This document shows, one piece after another, positions 15,097 to 28,064 of a stretch of DNA of 64,000 nucleotides (positions within the stretch are counted from its first letter, which is position 1; the number at the start of each line of letters is the position of its first letter). Under the pieces are notes generated by a model. The model worked only from the letters and a program-made list of their open reading frames with translations. It was not told the DNA's origin and did not search any database. Made by a program: the position numbers and the translations under genes. Source of the stretch: Paecilomyces variotii (lineage: Eukaryota); the NCBI GenBank assembly GCA_004022145.1, contig RCNU01000006.1. The stretch is one strand, 5' to 3'.

Positions 15097-15131
15097 TCCA
15101 TCCCATCCCATCCCATCCCATCCCATCCCAT
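15097..15131. repeat. (TCCCA)n pentanucleotide repeat upstream of nikA
   Basis: tccatcccatcccatccca... read directly. Confidence 0.85.
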
Positions 15132-15632
15132 CGCATTCGCATCGCAGCCTCTTTCTTCTTCTTCTCTTCTCGTTTCTCTTTTCTCCCTCTTCGAGAACAA
15201 CAACAAAGAAAAAGCACCAGTTGAAAACTTGACTTGACTTGGTGCAATCCGGCGCAGGCTGACCACTGGCCGACAACTCTGCCTTCGTCCCACCCCTAAA
15301 AGGTCAACCACCTTCTCGCTTCACTCTCTCCGCTCGGGTTTAGCACAACTGCCTCTCCCCGACATCCTTTCCCTCAACCCCCAAACCAAACTCATCTCCA
15401 TCTCTACCATCAATCCGCATTCCCCTCCTTTCCGTCGCATCTCGCCTCTTCCTCCTCTCTCTCCCCCCCGTCGACGACTGGCCGTCAATCTCTCTCTCGA
15501 TTAACCGCCTGCTCTCTCGCCGCCCGTCCGTCCCCTTCCTGTCGTTCCCCCACTAACCGCCCCCTTGTCGCCCACTCGGACCCCCCGTTCGCCAAGCGAT
15601 CCGCTCTGAACTTCCACTTCAACAGACGCCCC

Positions 15633-15653
15633 ATGTCGTTTCAGCGGAATTAA
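15633..15653 (+). other. Candidate uORF MSFQRN* in the nikA 5' leader
   Basis: ATG TCG TTT CAG CGG AAT TAA, followed by a leader intron 15690-15828 that ends 6 nt before the main ATG. Confidence 0.5.
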
Positions 15654-15834
15654 ACGCTTTCTCGCGTCGATAACACGGCTACCCGTCGGGTAAGGACTCT
15701 TTTCGTGGGAGATCGCGGTCGCCCTGGTCGTTGGGAGCGACGGCTGCTGGGCTATCTGCTCGTCTATCTCGCTCCCTCTCCCTTGGTTCTCCGGGGCTCT
15801 GGCTAACTCGCTGCCTCTCTCGTGACAGGGCACC

Positions 15835-18800
15835 ATGGCTGGCGGGGACGAGACGCTCGTGGCTGCGGCCGCATTCATCCAAGGTCTGGCCAGAGATGTC
15901 CCTGGCACCAGTACCGTCAATCCTTTCGAGATCAAATCCAACGGCTTCGATGCGAAGAAGGTCAAGTTGCCGGGCGTTGCGGGCCCGGGCAAGCAGGCTC
16001 TCGAGAGGGAACTGGAGGCCTTGCTAAGCCGTGTAACCACGTTGCAGAACAGAGCGGTTAGTGTTCCCCATATCCTGTGAAATGGATCCTCCTGGAGGAA
16101 TCAATCAGCCGTTATTCTCGATGGCCCTGGGCCATCGATCGATGACGACCGCAATGGCTAGTCGACTTATCATTGCTGACCATATCAACAGCGAAAGCCA
16201 CGTCGGTCGCGACGCTTGTCGAAAATTCTCGCCAAAAAAGAAGAGCAGGATGAAGATGAGGATGACGATGAGGACGATGACAGCGATGACGAGGAGCTCG
16301 ATCCAAGGACGCGAATTGTGCGGGAAGAAGACATCAGTTATCTGAGGAACCACGTACAAAAACAAGCGGAGGAAATCAGTTTTCAGAAGGACGTCATTGC
16401 TCGGGTACGAGACGAATTGCAGCAGCAAGAGGAACACACGAGACGGGCTTTGGTGAAGGTGGAGCACGAAGATGTTGGAGTATTGGAACGGGAGCTTCGT
16501 AAGCACCAACAAGCCAACGAAGCTTTCCAGAAAGCGTTGAGGGAGATTGGGGGAATCATCACCCAGGTCGCCAACGGTGATCTCTCCATGAAGGTCCAGA
16601 TTCATCCGTTGGAGATGGACCCCGAAATCGCCACTTTCAAACGTACGATCAACACCATGATGGACCAGCTCCAGGTCTTTGGAAGCGAAGTGTCTCGAGT
16701 GGCCAGAGAGGTCGGAACGGAAGGTATCCTTGGGGGACAAGCGCAGATCACCGGGGTACATGGTATCTGGAAGGAACTCACGGAAAACGTCAACATTATG
16801 GCTACGAATCTCACCGACCAGGTGCGCGAGATCGCTACGGTCACAACCGCCGTCGCTCATGGTGATCTGAGCCAGAAGATTGAGAGTCGAGCCAAGGGTG
16901 AGATCCTGGAACTACAGCAGACGATCAACACCATGGTGGACCAACTACGCACTTTTGCTACCGAAGTCACCCGGGTCGCGCGTGATGTCGGCACAGAGGG
17001 TGTTCTCGGTGGGCAGGCTCAGATCGAAGGGGTACAAGGCATGTGGAATGAGCTTACGGTTAATGTCAACGCTATGGCCATGAATTTGACAACCCAGGTG
17101 CGGGATATCGCCACGGTCACCAAGGCTGTCGCCAAGGGTGACTTGACGCAGAAGGTCCAGGCCAACTGCAAGGGAGAAATCCTTGAGCTGAAGAACATCA
17201 TCAACTCCATGGTGGACCAACTGAAGCAGTTTGCGCAGGAAGTGACCAAGATCGCCAAGGAGGTCGGCACTGATGGTGTCCTGGGCGGTCAAGCAACGGT
17301 TCATGATGTCGAAGGCACCTGGAAAGATCTGACGGAGAACGTGAATAGGATGGCCAATAATCTCACGACACAAGTGCGCGAAATCGCAGACGTTACAACG
17401 GCAGTGGCCAAGGGTGACCTGACCAAGAAAGTAACGGCCAACGTCAAGGGTGAGATACTAGATCTCAAGAACACTATAAACGGGATGGTGGACCGTCTGA
17501 ATACATTCGCATTTGAAGTGAGCAAGGTCGCTCGTGAAGTCGGTACCGATGGAACACTGGGTGGTCAAGCCAAGGTGGATAATGTGGAAGGAAAATGGAA
17601 AGATCTCACCGACAATGTGAACACGATGGCGCAGAACCTGACCTCTCAGGTCAGGGGAATCTCCGACGTTACACAGGCCATTGCCAAGGGCGACCTTAGC
17701 AAGAAGATTGAGGTCCATGCCCAGGGAGAAATACTCACCCTCAAGGTCACCATCAATAACATGGTGGACCGCCTGGCGAAATTCGCACACGAGCTCAAGC
17801 GTGTCGCCCGCGATGTGGGTGTGGATGGCAAGATGGGCGGACAAGCCAACGTGGAAGGAATTGCTGGTAGATGGAAGGAGATCACAGAGGACGTCAATAC
17901 GATGGCAGAAAACCTGACGTCCCAAGTGCGCGCCTTTGGCGAAATCACAGATGCGGCGACGGACGGCGACTTCACGAAGCTGATTACGGTCAACGCATCG
18001 GGCGAGATGGATGAGCTGAAGCGCAAGATCAACAAGATGGTTTCCAACCTTCGAGACAGTATCCAGCGTAACACCGCTGCTAGGGAAGCTGCCGAGTTGG
18101 CCAACCGTACGAAATCAGAATTCCTCGCCAACATGAGTCACGAGATCCGGACGCCCATGAACGGCATTATCGGTATGACGCAGTTGACGCTCGACACGGA
18201 TGATCTGAAGCCATATCCCCGAGAGATGTTGAATGTCGTGCACAACCTGGCCAACAGTTTACTAACGATCATCGACGACATACTCGATATCTCGAAGATC
18301 GAAGCAAACCGTATGGTGATTGAGAGTATCCCCTTCACCGTAAGGGGCACGGTCTTCAATGCATTGAAGACGTTGGCAGTGAAAGCAAACGAGAAGTTCC
18401 TCAGCCTAGCCTACCAGGTTGACAGTTCGGTCCCTGACTATGTTATTGGTGATCCCTTCCGTCTACGACAGATCATTCTCAACTTGGTGGGCAATGCCAT
18501 CAAGTTCACGGAACATGGTGAGGTCAAGCTCACGATTAGCAAATCTGAGCGAGAACAATGTGCGGCGGACGAATACGCATTTGAATTCTCCGTATCAGAT
18601 ACTGGTATCGGTATCGAGGAGGATAAGCTCGACCTAATTTTCGATACCTTCCAGCAAGCTGATGGCTCCACGACTCGCAGATTCGGTGGTACCGGACTGG
18701 GTCTATCCATCTCTAAGCGTCTGGTAAACCTTATGGGCGGTGACGTCTGGGTCACTTCGGAATATGGCCACGGCAGCACTTTCCACTTCACCTGTGTCGT

Positions 18801-19939
18801 GAAGCTGGCTAACCAGTCTCTGAGCGTCATCGGCTCCCAGCTGCTGCCCTACAAGAACCATCGGGTATTGTTTATCGACAAAGGGCACACCGGTCCCCAT
18901 GCGGATGATATCACCCGTATGCTCAAGCAGATTGAGCTGGAGCCCTTGGTGGTCAACAGCGAAGAGGAGGTCCCGCCGCCGGAGATCCAGGATCCATCCG
19001 GAAAGGAGTCGGGCCATGCGTACGACGTTATCATCGTCGACACCGTGGAGACAGCTCAGAACCTACGTACGTTTGACGAATTCAAATACATTCCTATCGT
19101 TTTGGTGTGCCCTATCGTGTCGGTCAGCCTGAAGTCGGCGCTCGATTTGGGTATCACTTCCTACATGACGACGCCATGCCAGCCCATCGACCTGGGTAAC
19201 GGAATGCTACCTGCTCTGGAGGGTCGTTCCACTCCGATCACCACGGACCACTCGCGATCTTTCGACATCCTACTCGCCGAAGATAACGACGTTAACCAAA
19301 AACTGGCTGTCAAGATCTTAGAGAAACACAACCACAATGTGACCGTTGTCAGCAACGGTGCAGAGGCATTGGAGGCCATCAAGAACCGGCGGTTCGACGT
19401 GATTCTCATGGACGTGCAGATGCCAGTTATGGGAGGATTTGAAGCCACGGGCAAGATCCGAGAATACGAGAGGGAGAAGGGTCTCTCTCGAACTCCTATC
19501 ATTGCCCTCACAGCACACGCCATGTTGGGTGACCGCGAGAAGTGTATCCAAGCCCAGATGGACGAGTACTTATCGAAGCCGCTTAAGCAGAACCAGATGA
19601 TGCAGACTATCCTGAAGTGCGCAACGCTCGGGGGATCCCTGCTCGAGAAGAGCAAAGAGCCACGGTTAGGGAGCAGTGGCGAGATGCATCCTTCTATCAA
19701 CAATCCTAATCGTCCTTCATCGGATGGGAAAGGCAGACCTAGCCTTGAGTCCCGGTCCATCACTACTTCGGGACCCATCAATCGTGGTAGCTTGGAGAGT
19801 CCAACCACGGAGAAGGACCAAGATGAACAGACGGAACGAGTAAGCTCTCGCCGAGTTCAACGTTAATACATGGAACCGCTGCTGACGAAGGAAAACAATT
19901 GTATAATAGCAGGTATTACTGCGGTCTCATAGCAGCTGA
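15835..19939 (+). CDS. nikA: Group III hybrid histidine kinase (poly-HAMP, HisKA, HATPase, receiver), Os-1/Nik1 ortholog; exons 15835-16056, 16192-19839, 19913-19939
   Basis: Tandem ~92-aa HAMP repeats ([14 protein letters not shown]), H-box [23 protein letters not shown], receiver [14 protein letters not shown]; terminal exon VLLRSHSS*. Confidence 0.97.
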
Positions 19940-22054
19940 AGCATCTAATGTTCATTCTTCTGGGTTGGATATATGACATCTATTGATGTTCTGGATTGGT
20001 TACGATGTAATTTCTATTGCCCTCTTTTCATGCGTGTGCCTATGCCACTCCCATCATCGATGCCTTCTTCCGGGGGAAAATGACCTTATTCTTTACGTCT
20101 CGTGGAATGTCCCCACCTCTCCTCCCTGAAAACTCTTTCCGCCTACATATTCCCCCGTTTGCTGGTATCATGCCGAACGTGTTGGTATTACCCCTTGATG
20201 TTTTCGTTTCCACTTACTGTTTAAACCCCCCTATTGCCTCTTTGCTGAGTTTCCTATCTTGACGGCGACTTTACTGAAAGCCGTTTTCCTCGGCTGGCGT
20301 CTGGCGTGCGGGAGATTTTGGAGGGCTTGCATACCCTTTGACGGCCTGGGAAACGAAGACGATGCGGTCGAGTTGAGGCAATACTGGGCGAAGCCGGGAA
20401 TTATTATATATATCGGAGGCGTTTGCGTTCCCATAAAGGCACATGTTCTCCTAACCACAACTAAACAATCGTCTACTCCCGCAATTTTGCCCCCCTCTTA
20501 ACTCATATCTCCTTTTTCTTCTTCTCCTTTTTCTATTTCCCTTTTCGGTTTCCCCATTTCGTCCTGGTTTCCTTTTTTCTCGATTTTTTTTATAGTCACT
20601 TTCGCTTACTCGTGAGAAATGTTTTGGGCAAGTGCTTCACTTTCTTCTTTTTTTAAAGTGTTGATATTACTACTATAGCCGCCACGCCGTATGGCCGCAA
20701 AGAACAGCGAAAAATTCTTCGCTTTTCCCTCCCCGCAGATCCATATTCCTCTTCTTGATGCCGGCTGAGAAATATAAACTTGCAAATCTCTTGTTGAAAA
20801 GGGGTCGTATAGCCAAGCAGGTGAATCTTTCTTCTTTTTCCTTTCGATATTTCTTTTTCTCCATTTTTTCATTCCACATCTCTTTCCTATTCCGGAATAG
20901 GTATGGCTGTAGAGAACTCCCTTAGTAAACCGTAACGGGATGTTTTGTTTTGTTTTTTCTTCTGTTTCATGCGTATTTCATACTGAGATTGAGATTTAAG
21001 TTGTTTGTAGTATAGTGAGATAAACCGAGCTATTAATGCATTCTATCATACTGCAACGCAGTAAGTAGTATATGCAGTAAGTAGTAGGCAAGCGCTCACT
21101 TAGGTAGAAGAATCACATCAAAAACTAACATCCAAGCCGTCGCATAAGTTAGTTACTTCTTTCTCATAATCTCTACTTAGCCAGCCATGCCACGTCAGTG
21201 CCATTTGAATTTTAAACCCCCAGAGCTGGGTCCAGTCTATTAGAGGCCGCACCTCCTAGGAAACCAACCGGGTTCTACCCACGAGGAAGAAAGTATGTAC
21301 AGTATTTCGAGAAAACCGACGAGTGATTTATTTGATAAGTTATATTCTGGCTTGTCTTCTTAGGCAAGGGAATGAATGAATGGTTGGTTGGTTTGAAAAT
21401 GGCGGCTTTATGCTATAAGGAAGGAGAGAACTTCTTCACTGCGATGTATGTAAAATCTTGTTAGATAATAATATTGGATCTTGTACTATGTATGTATGTT
21501 TGATTAGAATCTTGTATGTACTTATTACGGTAGTGGGACTGGTCTTGGGACCGATTAGTTAGTGTAGTCTGAGCTAGCCGATGTACTTACTCATTGCTGT
21601 GGCTTAGGAAATGATGTTGTTACAATAAAGTAGCAAGATGAGCTGAGTGAGGTATGTTGGAGAAAAGGAAACTTTCTCAATTTCATTTTTGAAGAGATCC
21701 TATTCTATATTCATTTCTTCTGTATTTGTACTCAATGGATATTCAGAGCTCGAACTCAAAAATCAGAACGCTTTTTCGCTTTTAATTTCCTCCAGAATAT
21801 TATCATGGAAGACTTAACTTCCGAAGGGTTTTCTGTTTTTCTCATTCATAAATAATTGGCGTGGCAGAAATATACCTCTTGTAGTTAGGATTCTAGGCTC
21901 CAAAAAAATAGAAAGATGGATAATGGTTGAAAATGAAGAGGGGAGGCCGTGGAGAACTCAAATGGCTAGTAGAAAATGCTCTCTGTCCTCTTATGAGGGG
22001 ATGGAAAAGATGATGATTTTAACATTGATGCTAGAGTTGAGGCACTTTTCTCTT

Positions 22055-24394
22055 TTAGAATCGCAGATCCCAGCCGATCTTGGGTCCCAGACGGGGCAGC
22101 TCCTCCGCGACATGTTGGACGTCCTTGTCTCCACGACCACTGAGGTTCAGGACAATGTTCTCGCCCTTCTTCATGGTCTTGGCTAGTTCGATGGCACCCC
22201 AGACGGCGTGGGAAGACTCCAGGGCGGGGATGATACCTTCCAGCTCGGACAGCAGACGGAAGCCGGTGAATGCCTGAGCGTCGGTGGCAGCGATGAAGCG
22301 GGCACGCTCACTGTCCTTCCAGGAGCTGAGCTCAGGGCCAACACCTGGGTAGTCGAGACCGGCAGACACGGAGTGGGTTTCCGTGATCTGGCCGTGCTCG
22401 TTCTGCAGAACGTAGGTGCGAACACCGTGGAAGACACCCTTGGTACCGCCGCTGAGAGTTGCAGAGTGCCGGTTCGTCTCGATACCGTCACCACCCGCCT
22501 CAACACCAAGCAGCTTGACGCTGAGATCCTGGGAGAACGGGTAGAACATGCCAACGGCGTTACTTCCTCCACCGACGCAGGCGACGACAGCGTCCGGGAG
22601 CTTTCCAATAGCCTCCTGGAGCTGCTGCTTGGTCTCGTTACCGATGACAGACTGGAAGGTACGGACAATGGTCGGGAAAGGGTGAGGTCCAATGGCGGAA
22701 CCGATCACGTAGTGAGTAGTGTCGAGATCGGTAACCCAGGCACGGAACGCCTCGTTGACGGCGTCACGGAGGGTTCGGCTACCCGCCTCAACGGCGACGA
22801 CAGAGGCACCGAGCAGCTTCATGCGGAAAACGTTCAAAGCCTGGCGGCGGACATCTTCTGCACCCATGTAGATGGTGCACTTCATTCCAAACTTGGCACA
22901 TACAGTTGCGGTAGCCACACCGTGCTGACCGGCACCCGTCTCTGCGATGATCCTCGTCTTACCCAGTCTCCGGGCAATGAGAACCTGACCGATGGCGTTG
23001 TTAATCTTGTGGCTACCAGTGTGGTTGAGGTCTTCACGCTTGAGCCAGATGTTGGCGCCTCCAACGTGATCGGTCAATCGTTGAGCGATATGGAGACTGC
23101 TGGGACGGCCCATGTAGGGGTAGTATGAACGGTATTCCTCCCAGAACTTAGGGTCGTTCTTTGCCTCATCGAAACCCCTCTCGAGCTCCGCCAGGCAGTC
23201 CATGAGCGCTTCGGGAACATACTGTCCACCGAACTCGCCAAATCGCGATGGCTGTGCCGATGCATCACCTGTTCCATTGAGAGCGTCTAGCTGATCCGCA
23301 AGTCCTGGACCAGAACCTGCTTCACCCTCGGTGATGACGTGTGTCGGCTGTGCCTGGGTGTCGGGCAGAGCTTTTTCAACCGCCTCCAGAATGTTCACCT
23401 CCCGAGTCAATGCTCCCTGCTGGTCTCTCTCGAGACGTCGTCCCGTCACACTCGACAGGTAGTCTTCACCGGCCTTGGCTGCCTGACCAGCAGGCGCCTG
23501 GCCCAAGACGGTGATGAGCTGACTGCCAATGACAACACCTTCGGCGATATCCTGCACGCTCAAAAAATGCTCACGAGTACTAACACCGAAACCGACAGCG
23601 GCCGGGACATTTCCGGAGTAGGCGTGCACTCGGCTCAGCAGATCGGGGAGGTTCGAGTTCAGTTTTCCCGTTGCACCTGTGACACCCATACGGGACACAA
23701 CATAGATGAACGAGTCGGCAATCTTGCACAGCAGCTTCATACGAGACTCCGAAGTGGACGGGGCGATAAGGGGCACATATGAAAGGCTAGGAAATGATCA
23801 GCAGAAGCTCTTTGTGTGTCCGTTGTGTCGTATGGAGCCGGTCGCGAACTCACCCCTCCTTTGTGCACAGGTTCCTGAATCTCACTGCCTCCTCCGGAGG
23901 AAGGTCAACCATGATGAATCCATTGACTCCAGCCTCCCTGGCATCCTTCAACATCCGCTCATCTCCGTAACGCAGCAGCGGGTTGTAGTATCCCATGAAG
24001 AGCACGGGGGCCTTGAGACCCCTCTTGCGGGCGGTGCGGACCATGTCCAGCACCATCGTGACTGTGACACCATTCTCCAAGGCCTTGGTATTGGCCTTCT
24101 GGATGGTCGGGCCATCTGCAATTGGGTCTGTGAATGGGATACCAAGTTCGATGATATCTAATACGAGTCATTAGCATGGCTCCGTAAAACCAGCGGGACA
24201 AGACGAAAATGAGGGGTCAATTGCCGCGGGGCTGGAGCATCAGGGATCAATTGCGTACCAGCACCTCCATTCTCCATTCCCAGCATAATATCGATCGTCT
24301 CCTCGGCCGTAGGATAGCCTGCAGTAACATAGGCCACCAAAGCGGCGCGCCTCGCCTGCTTGGCCTTAGCAAATGTCTGCTTGATTGCCTCCAT
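22055..24394 (-). CDS. trpB: Tryptophan synthase, fused alpha-beta; exons 24394-24259, 24157-23854, 23786-22055
   Basis: Alpha: [35 protein letters not shown]. Beta: [32 protein letters not shown]. Confidence 0.98.
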
Positions 24395-24573
24395 GATGGG
24401 CGAAATTGGACCACAACTGTAAGGGTGGGAAAGGAGAAGCGCAAAGGCCCAACTGCGCAGAACAGAGACAAAAGGGACAAGGGAGGAAAGGAGAGGAGCG
24501 TTCAAGAACGGGGGATAGAGAGGAGTGGCGACAGTGAAAGATCGTCCTTGGACACTTTCATCGCTTCCTTGGC

Positions 24574-24630
24574 TGACTCACTTTTTGCTCCGATCCGGAG
24601 ATGCCCCGCCACGTGACCCAGATAAGATAA
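24574..24630. promoter_or_regulatory. trpB promoter motif cluster: TGACTCA (CpcA/Gcn4), CACGTGAC (bHLH/Cbf1-type), GATAAGATAA (GATA)
   Basis: TGACTCA 24574-24580, CACGTG 24610-24615, tandem GATAA 24621-24630, about 180-235 bp upstream of the ATG. Confidence 0.6.
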
Positions 24631-25945
24631 GCGGGCGGTGAGCGGAAGTATGTACGTATATTTAAAAGGTCAGTTTACTTCAAGAAACACGGATTATTAT
24701 TGTAAGTCTATGAAAAGACTCGACTAGAAGATCAACTTGGACATACAAAACAGATGGTATTGCTCCCGATCTTATGGATATTATTATTTCCCAGTGAACA
24801 ATGGTTCGGCTCCACATGCCTGCCAGACCTCTCAAGATAGACAAAAAAAAAGACATGCTAGGATCACAAGAGATCAAAAAACGAACTGACGATTTGCCCA
24901 TCCTCAAATACTCCGGAACGATGCATCTGCACTATCTATCCATCAAATCAAATTTCCAACCCATGCAAAAGCAAAGTGAAATGAGCAGAACAATTTTGTT
25001 TTTCCCGTCGCCCGAATTTCAAAAGACCGATTCTGTCAAAAACTCAAAAATATTTTCCCAAAATGCCCCCCAGGACCCGCTATATGAAGGAATGTCGGTA
25101 AGCGCCTCGCCCACGCTATGCAATGTATGATGATGATGTAGAAAATGAAGACGCTGTGATGCCCAAGATGTTGAATACAACGCAAGGAAGGAATGGATGG
25201 CAGCCGCCCAGTGGAGGGCATATGCAAGAGAGAGAACACAGGAGAGACTAAAGTAGACAGTCTGATGCGACAGTGGGCATGCACGCATGATGACAACGCA
25301 AAGGGAGAGACATGGACTATGGAAATGGAGATGGTGACCAAGGATTTGATGATCAGCGGCGCGTGCTCAGCGGGGTCAGCAGCGAAATGATGAAACGCCC
25401 TCGCTTTTTTCGGATGCTAGAAGTTGGAAGGAAACTCGTGGTCACTATGCAGGATAGCAGGTCGCAGATATAGAACACTTTAGGCGTCAAAAGGATAGAC
25501 TAGCGAGAGACGTATTCTGGGGGTCGAGAGAAATGCAAGATGGAAGGATGCCAATAACAAAGACAAGGAAACAAGGGAAGCACCCGCTATGCAAGTGATT
25601 AAAAATAGAGATGAGAAGTTCGCGACGGACCGCAGCTCCCGCATAACAGTCCGTCATCGGATGAAGGATCAAGGCGAGCTGTAGCGATGAAAGGACGTCA
25701 AGCGAAGAGCAAGGACGACTGCCCAGCACGACAAGATGATCGAACGGAAAAAGGAGCTGACCAGTTCAACATGTCGATTGTCCCGTGGTCGGAATCAAGT
25801 AGTCCATTAGTCACCAGGACGTCTCGGAAGACGATGTCCAGGTTTGACCGATTATGGGGGGACCTCCTGTGTCCCAGAAATGAGACTAGTGCAAGTTCCT
25901 TATGAAGAGCTCCCACCCGAAAACAAAAACAAAGGTGTATCCATC

Positions 25946-28064
25946 TTATGCCCCAGGAGCGGAGTGTGCCATCGGGTATGAAGGGGGTGTGATATAGGTG
26001 TAGAGCTCCGTGTTCGAGACATTGGCAGCGGCAGGACCTGGACCGATAGCGCCCGGGAAATCCCAAGATGTGCGATTCATGGGAGCCAGTGGCATCCCGT
26101 GACCATGCTGATATGTATATGAGGCAGACATAGCGGCGTACGGATGACTGCTCGGTGACATCGTGACACGTAGATCGGGAGCAGATAATGAGGGCTTTGC
26201 CTGGTGTATGTGCGGCGAGAAGACTGCTGAGGTCATGCCGGTGGAGTATGTGCTAGAGGTGACCGAGTCCGAGACGGACTGAGGCGAGCCCGCATGCTGA
26301 ACATCCGTTCTAGAATCTGAAGCTGAGCTGTTGCCGGGGTAGGATGAACATATCGGGGTGGGAAGCGCTCCGGCTGTCGAAGAGTAGCTGGCAGACTGTG
26401 CGCAGAGACCGAGGTCAGACATCATTACAACGTGGAAGGTGGCAGAAGGTGGTTTCAAAGAGGAACTCACGTATTTCCCAATGATCTTCTTAAGTGCATG
26501 CGACAGGATCTTCCAGGGGAAGACTTTCACATCCTTCTCGATGTTGCGAGGTTTAGGTGCCGGGAATCCCATGATGACCTTGAAAAAGTCCTCGCTGTCT
26601 GGCTTAGCCTTCGAGACGGTGAGAGGCCGGAATCCTTCCAGATTCCTGCGGATTCGATTCTTTTCCTCGACAGTAAATCGCACTCCAACCAGAGATTCAA
26701 GCAAATAGATGGTGTCCACACTGGTCACGAAACATTCCTTCTTGCCGTCCCAGTATATGCAGCTGATGCATATGCTGTTTGGGGTTCTGTCCTCTGGTGA
26801 AACGGGCTGAAAGTCCGCCTGGATGGTACTGCCGCTCTGCACCCGAGTGAACTGGACAAGGCGCCGCCTGGCCTCCTTCTCTTCACCGGTCCAATTCTCA
26901 GCCATTGAGTCCAGATCGCCGTTCAGTTTTAGGACAGCTTTGGAGGGGTACATGGCGTAGGGGTTGAATGCCGGTGGTCCAACAGAGCCACTTCCCTGCT
27001 GTATAGTCGATGTCCTAATGAGTGTAGGGTTTTGAGGTCGGGCAGGAGAGAGCATTGTCTTCTGGCTCGGGGCCGAGGCTGCCGCTAGATGAGGACTGCG
27101 CGAGACATGACTGACCATGCCGAATGAAGGGCTCCAAGAAGAGGTCAAAGGCGACGGCGTATGGATTGCCGGTTGTGGCGCACTAGAGCCTCGTGAATGA
27201 TGGATAAATGAAGCTTTCGGGGAAGACGCTGTCCGATACGGGGCCGGGAAGACACTCATTGTTGTCGGAGTCTGTAAAAAGGAGGAATATGACGGAGACG
27301 AAGCACTGTCATTATACGAATATGCATCAGCATCTTCTTTGATCCGCAGTTGTTGAGCAGAAGGTCTCTTGGTTGGTCTCGGAGCGGCATTGTCAGAAAT
27401 TGAGACTCTCCTTTTCCGTGAATCATCTGAAGGGGAATCATGATCGACCGTTTCGTAAGTATAAACGCCCACCTGAAGCGTCAAAGGGCTGTATCCTGGC
27501 TGGTTCTCGATCACTACCTGCAGTGGAACCGCAGCTGATGGGCTCCCTGAAAGTGCGAATGCAGGTGCATCAACTGAGAGGGCATACTGAAAAACGGAAT
27601 TCGAGAAGCCCAGGAAGTGCGGTAAACATTCACATTTCTTCGAGCCAAATATCACGTAGGTGGCACAAAGCCGGTTGTGGAGGTCATATGGTGATTGTAT
27701 CTGTACGAAGACCTTGGTGCCTTCGCCGCCTCTCTGAGGAGAGTAAGATGTGACTTCAGGGATCTGAAGAGTCGCACGATCAAGACCGGGGGAGCCAGAT
27801 CCATCGAAGGAGATACGTCCTGCATAGTCGTGTTCCGTCATATAATGGAGGCTCTCTGTGTTCTGGCTGGCGTGGTCATCGGAGGAAGAGGGGAAGAGCT
27901 CGTTCACATATTGTCCCTGAGAATATGCTGGATAGACAGAGCCATCATAATCTGCCAGGACGTTATATGTTGTTAGCTGTCACGACTGCCAAATGCCCGT
28001 GAGCTGGTTCCACAGGTCACTTACCGACTAAGCCAGCATCAGAAGGCCTTTGAAAGGCAGACAT
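25946..28064 (-). CDS. medA: Developmental regulator Medusa (MedA/ACON-3); AUG model exons 28064-28025, 27951-26471, 26395-25946; probable GUG-initiated extension to 28363
   Basis: Conserved core ISCIYWD..CFVTSVDTIYLLE..EEKNRIRRNLEGFRPLTVSK..PKPRNIEKDVKVFPWK..IIGKY|SASY; introns 28024-27952 and 26470-26396. Confidence 0.92.

Noticed and set aside
16216-18060. ~276-nt periodic repeats as a mobile element or CRISPR-like array
   Set aside because: They encode the HAMP repeats of NikA
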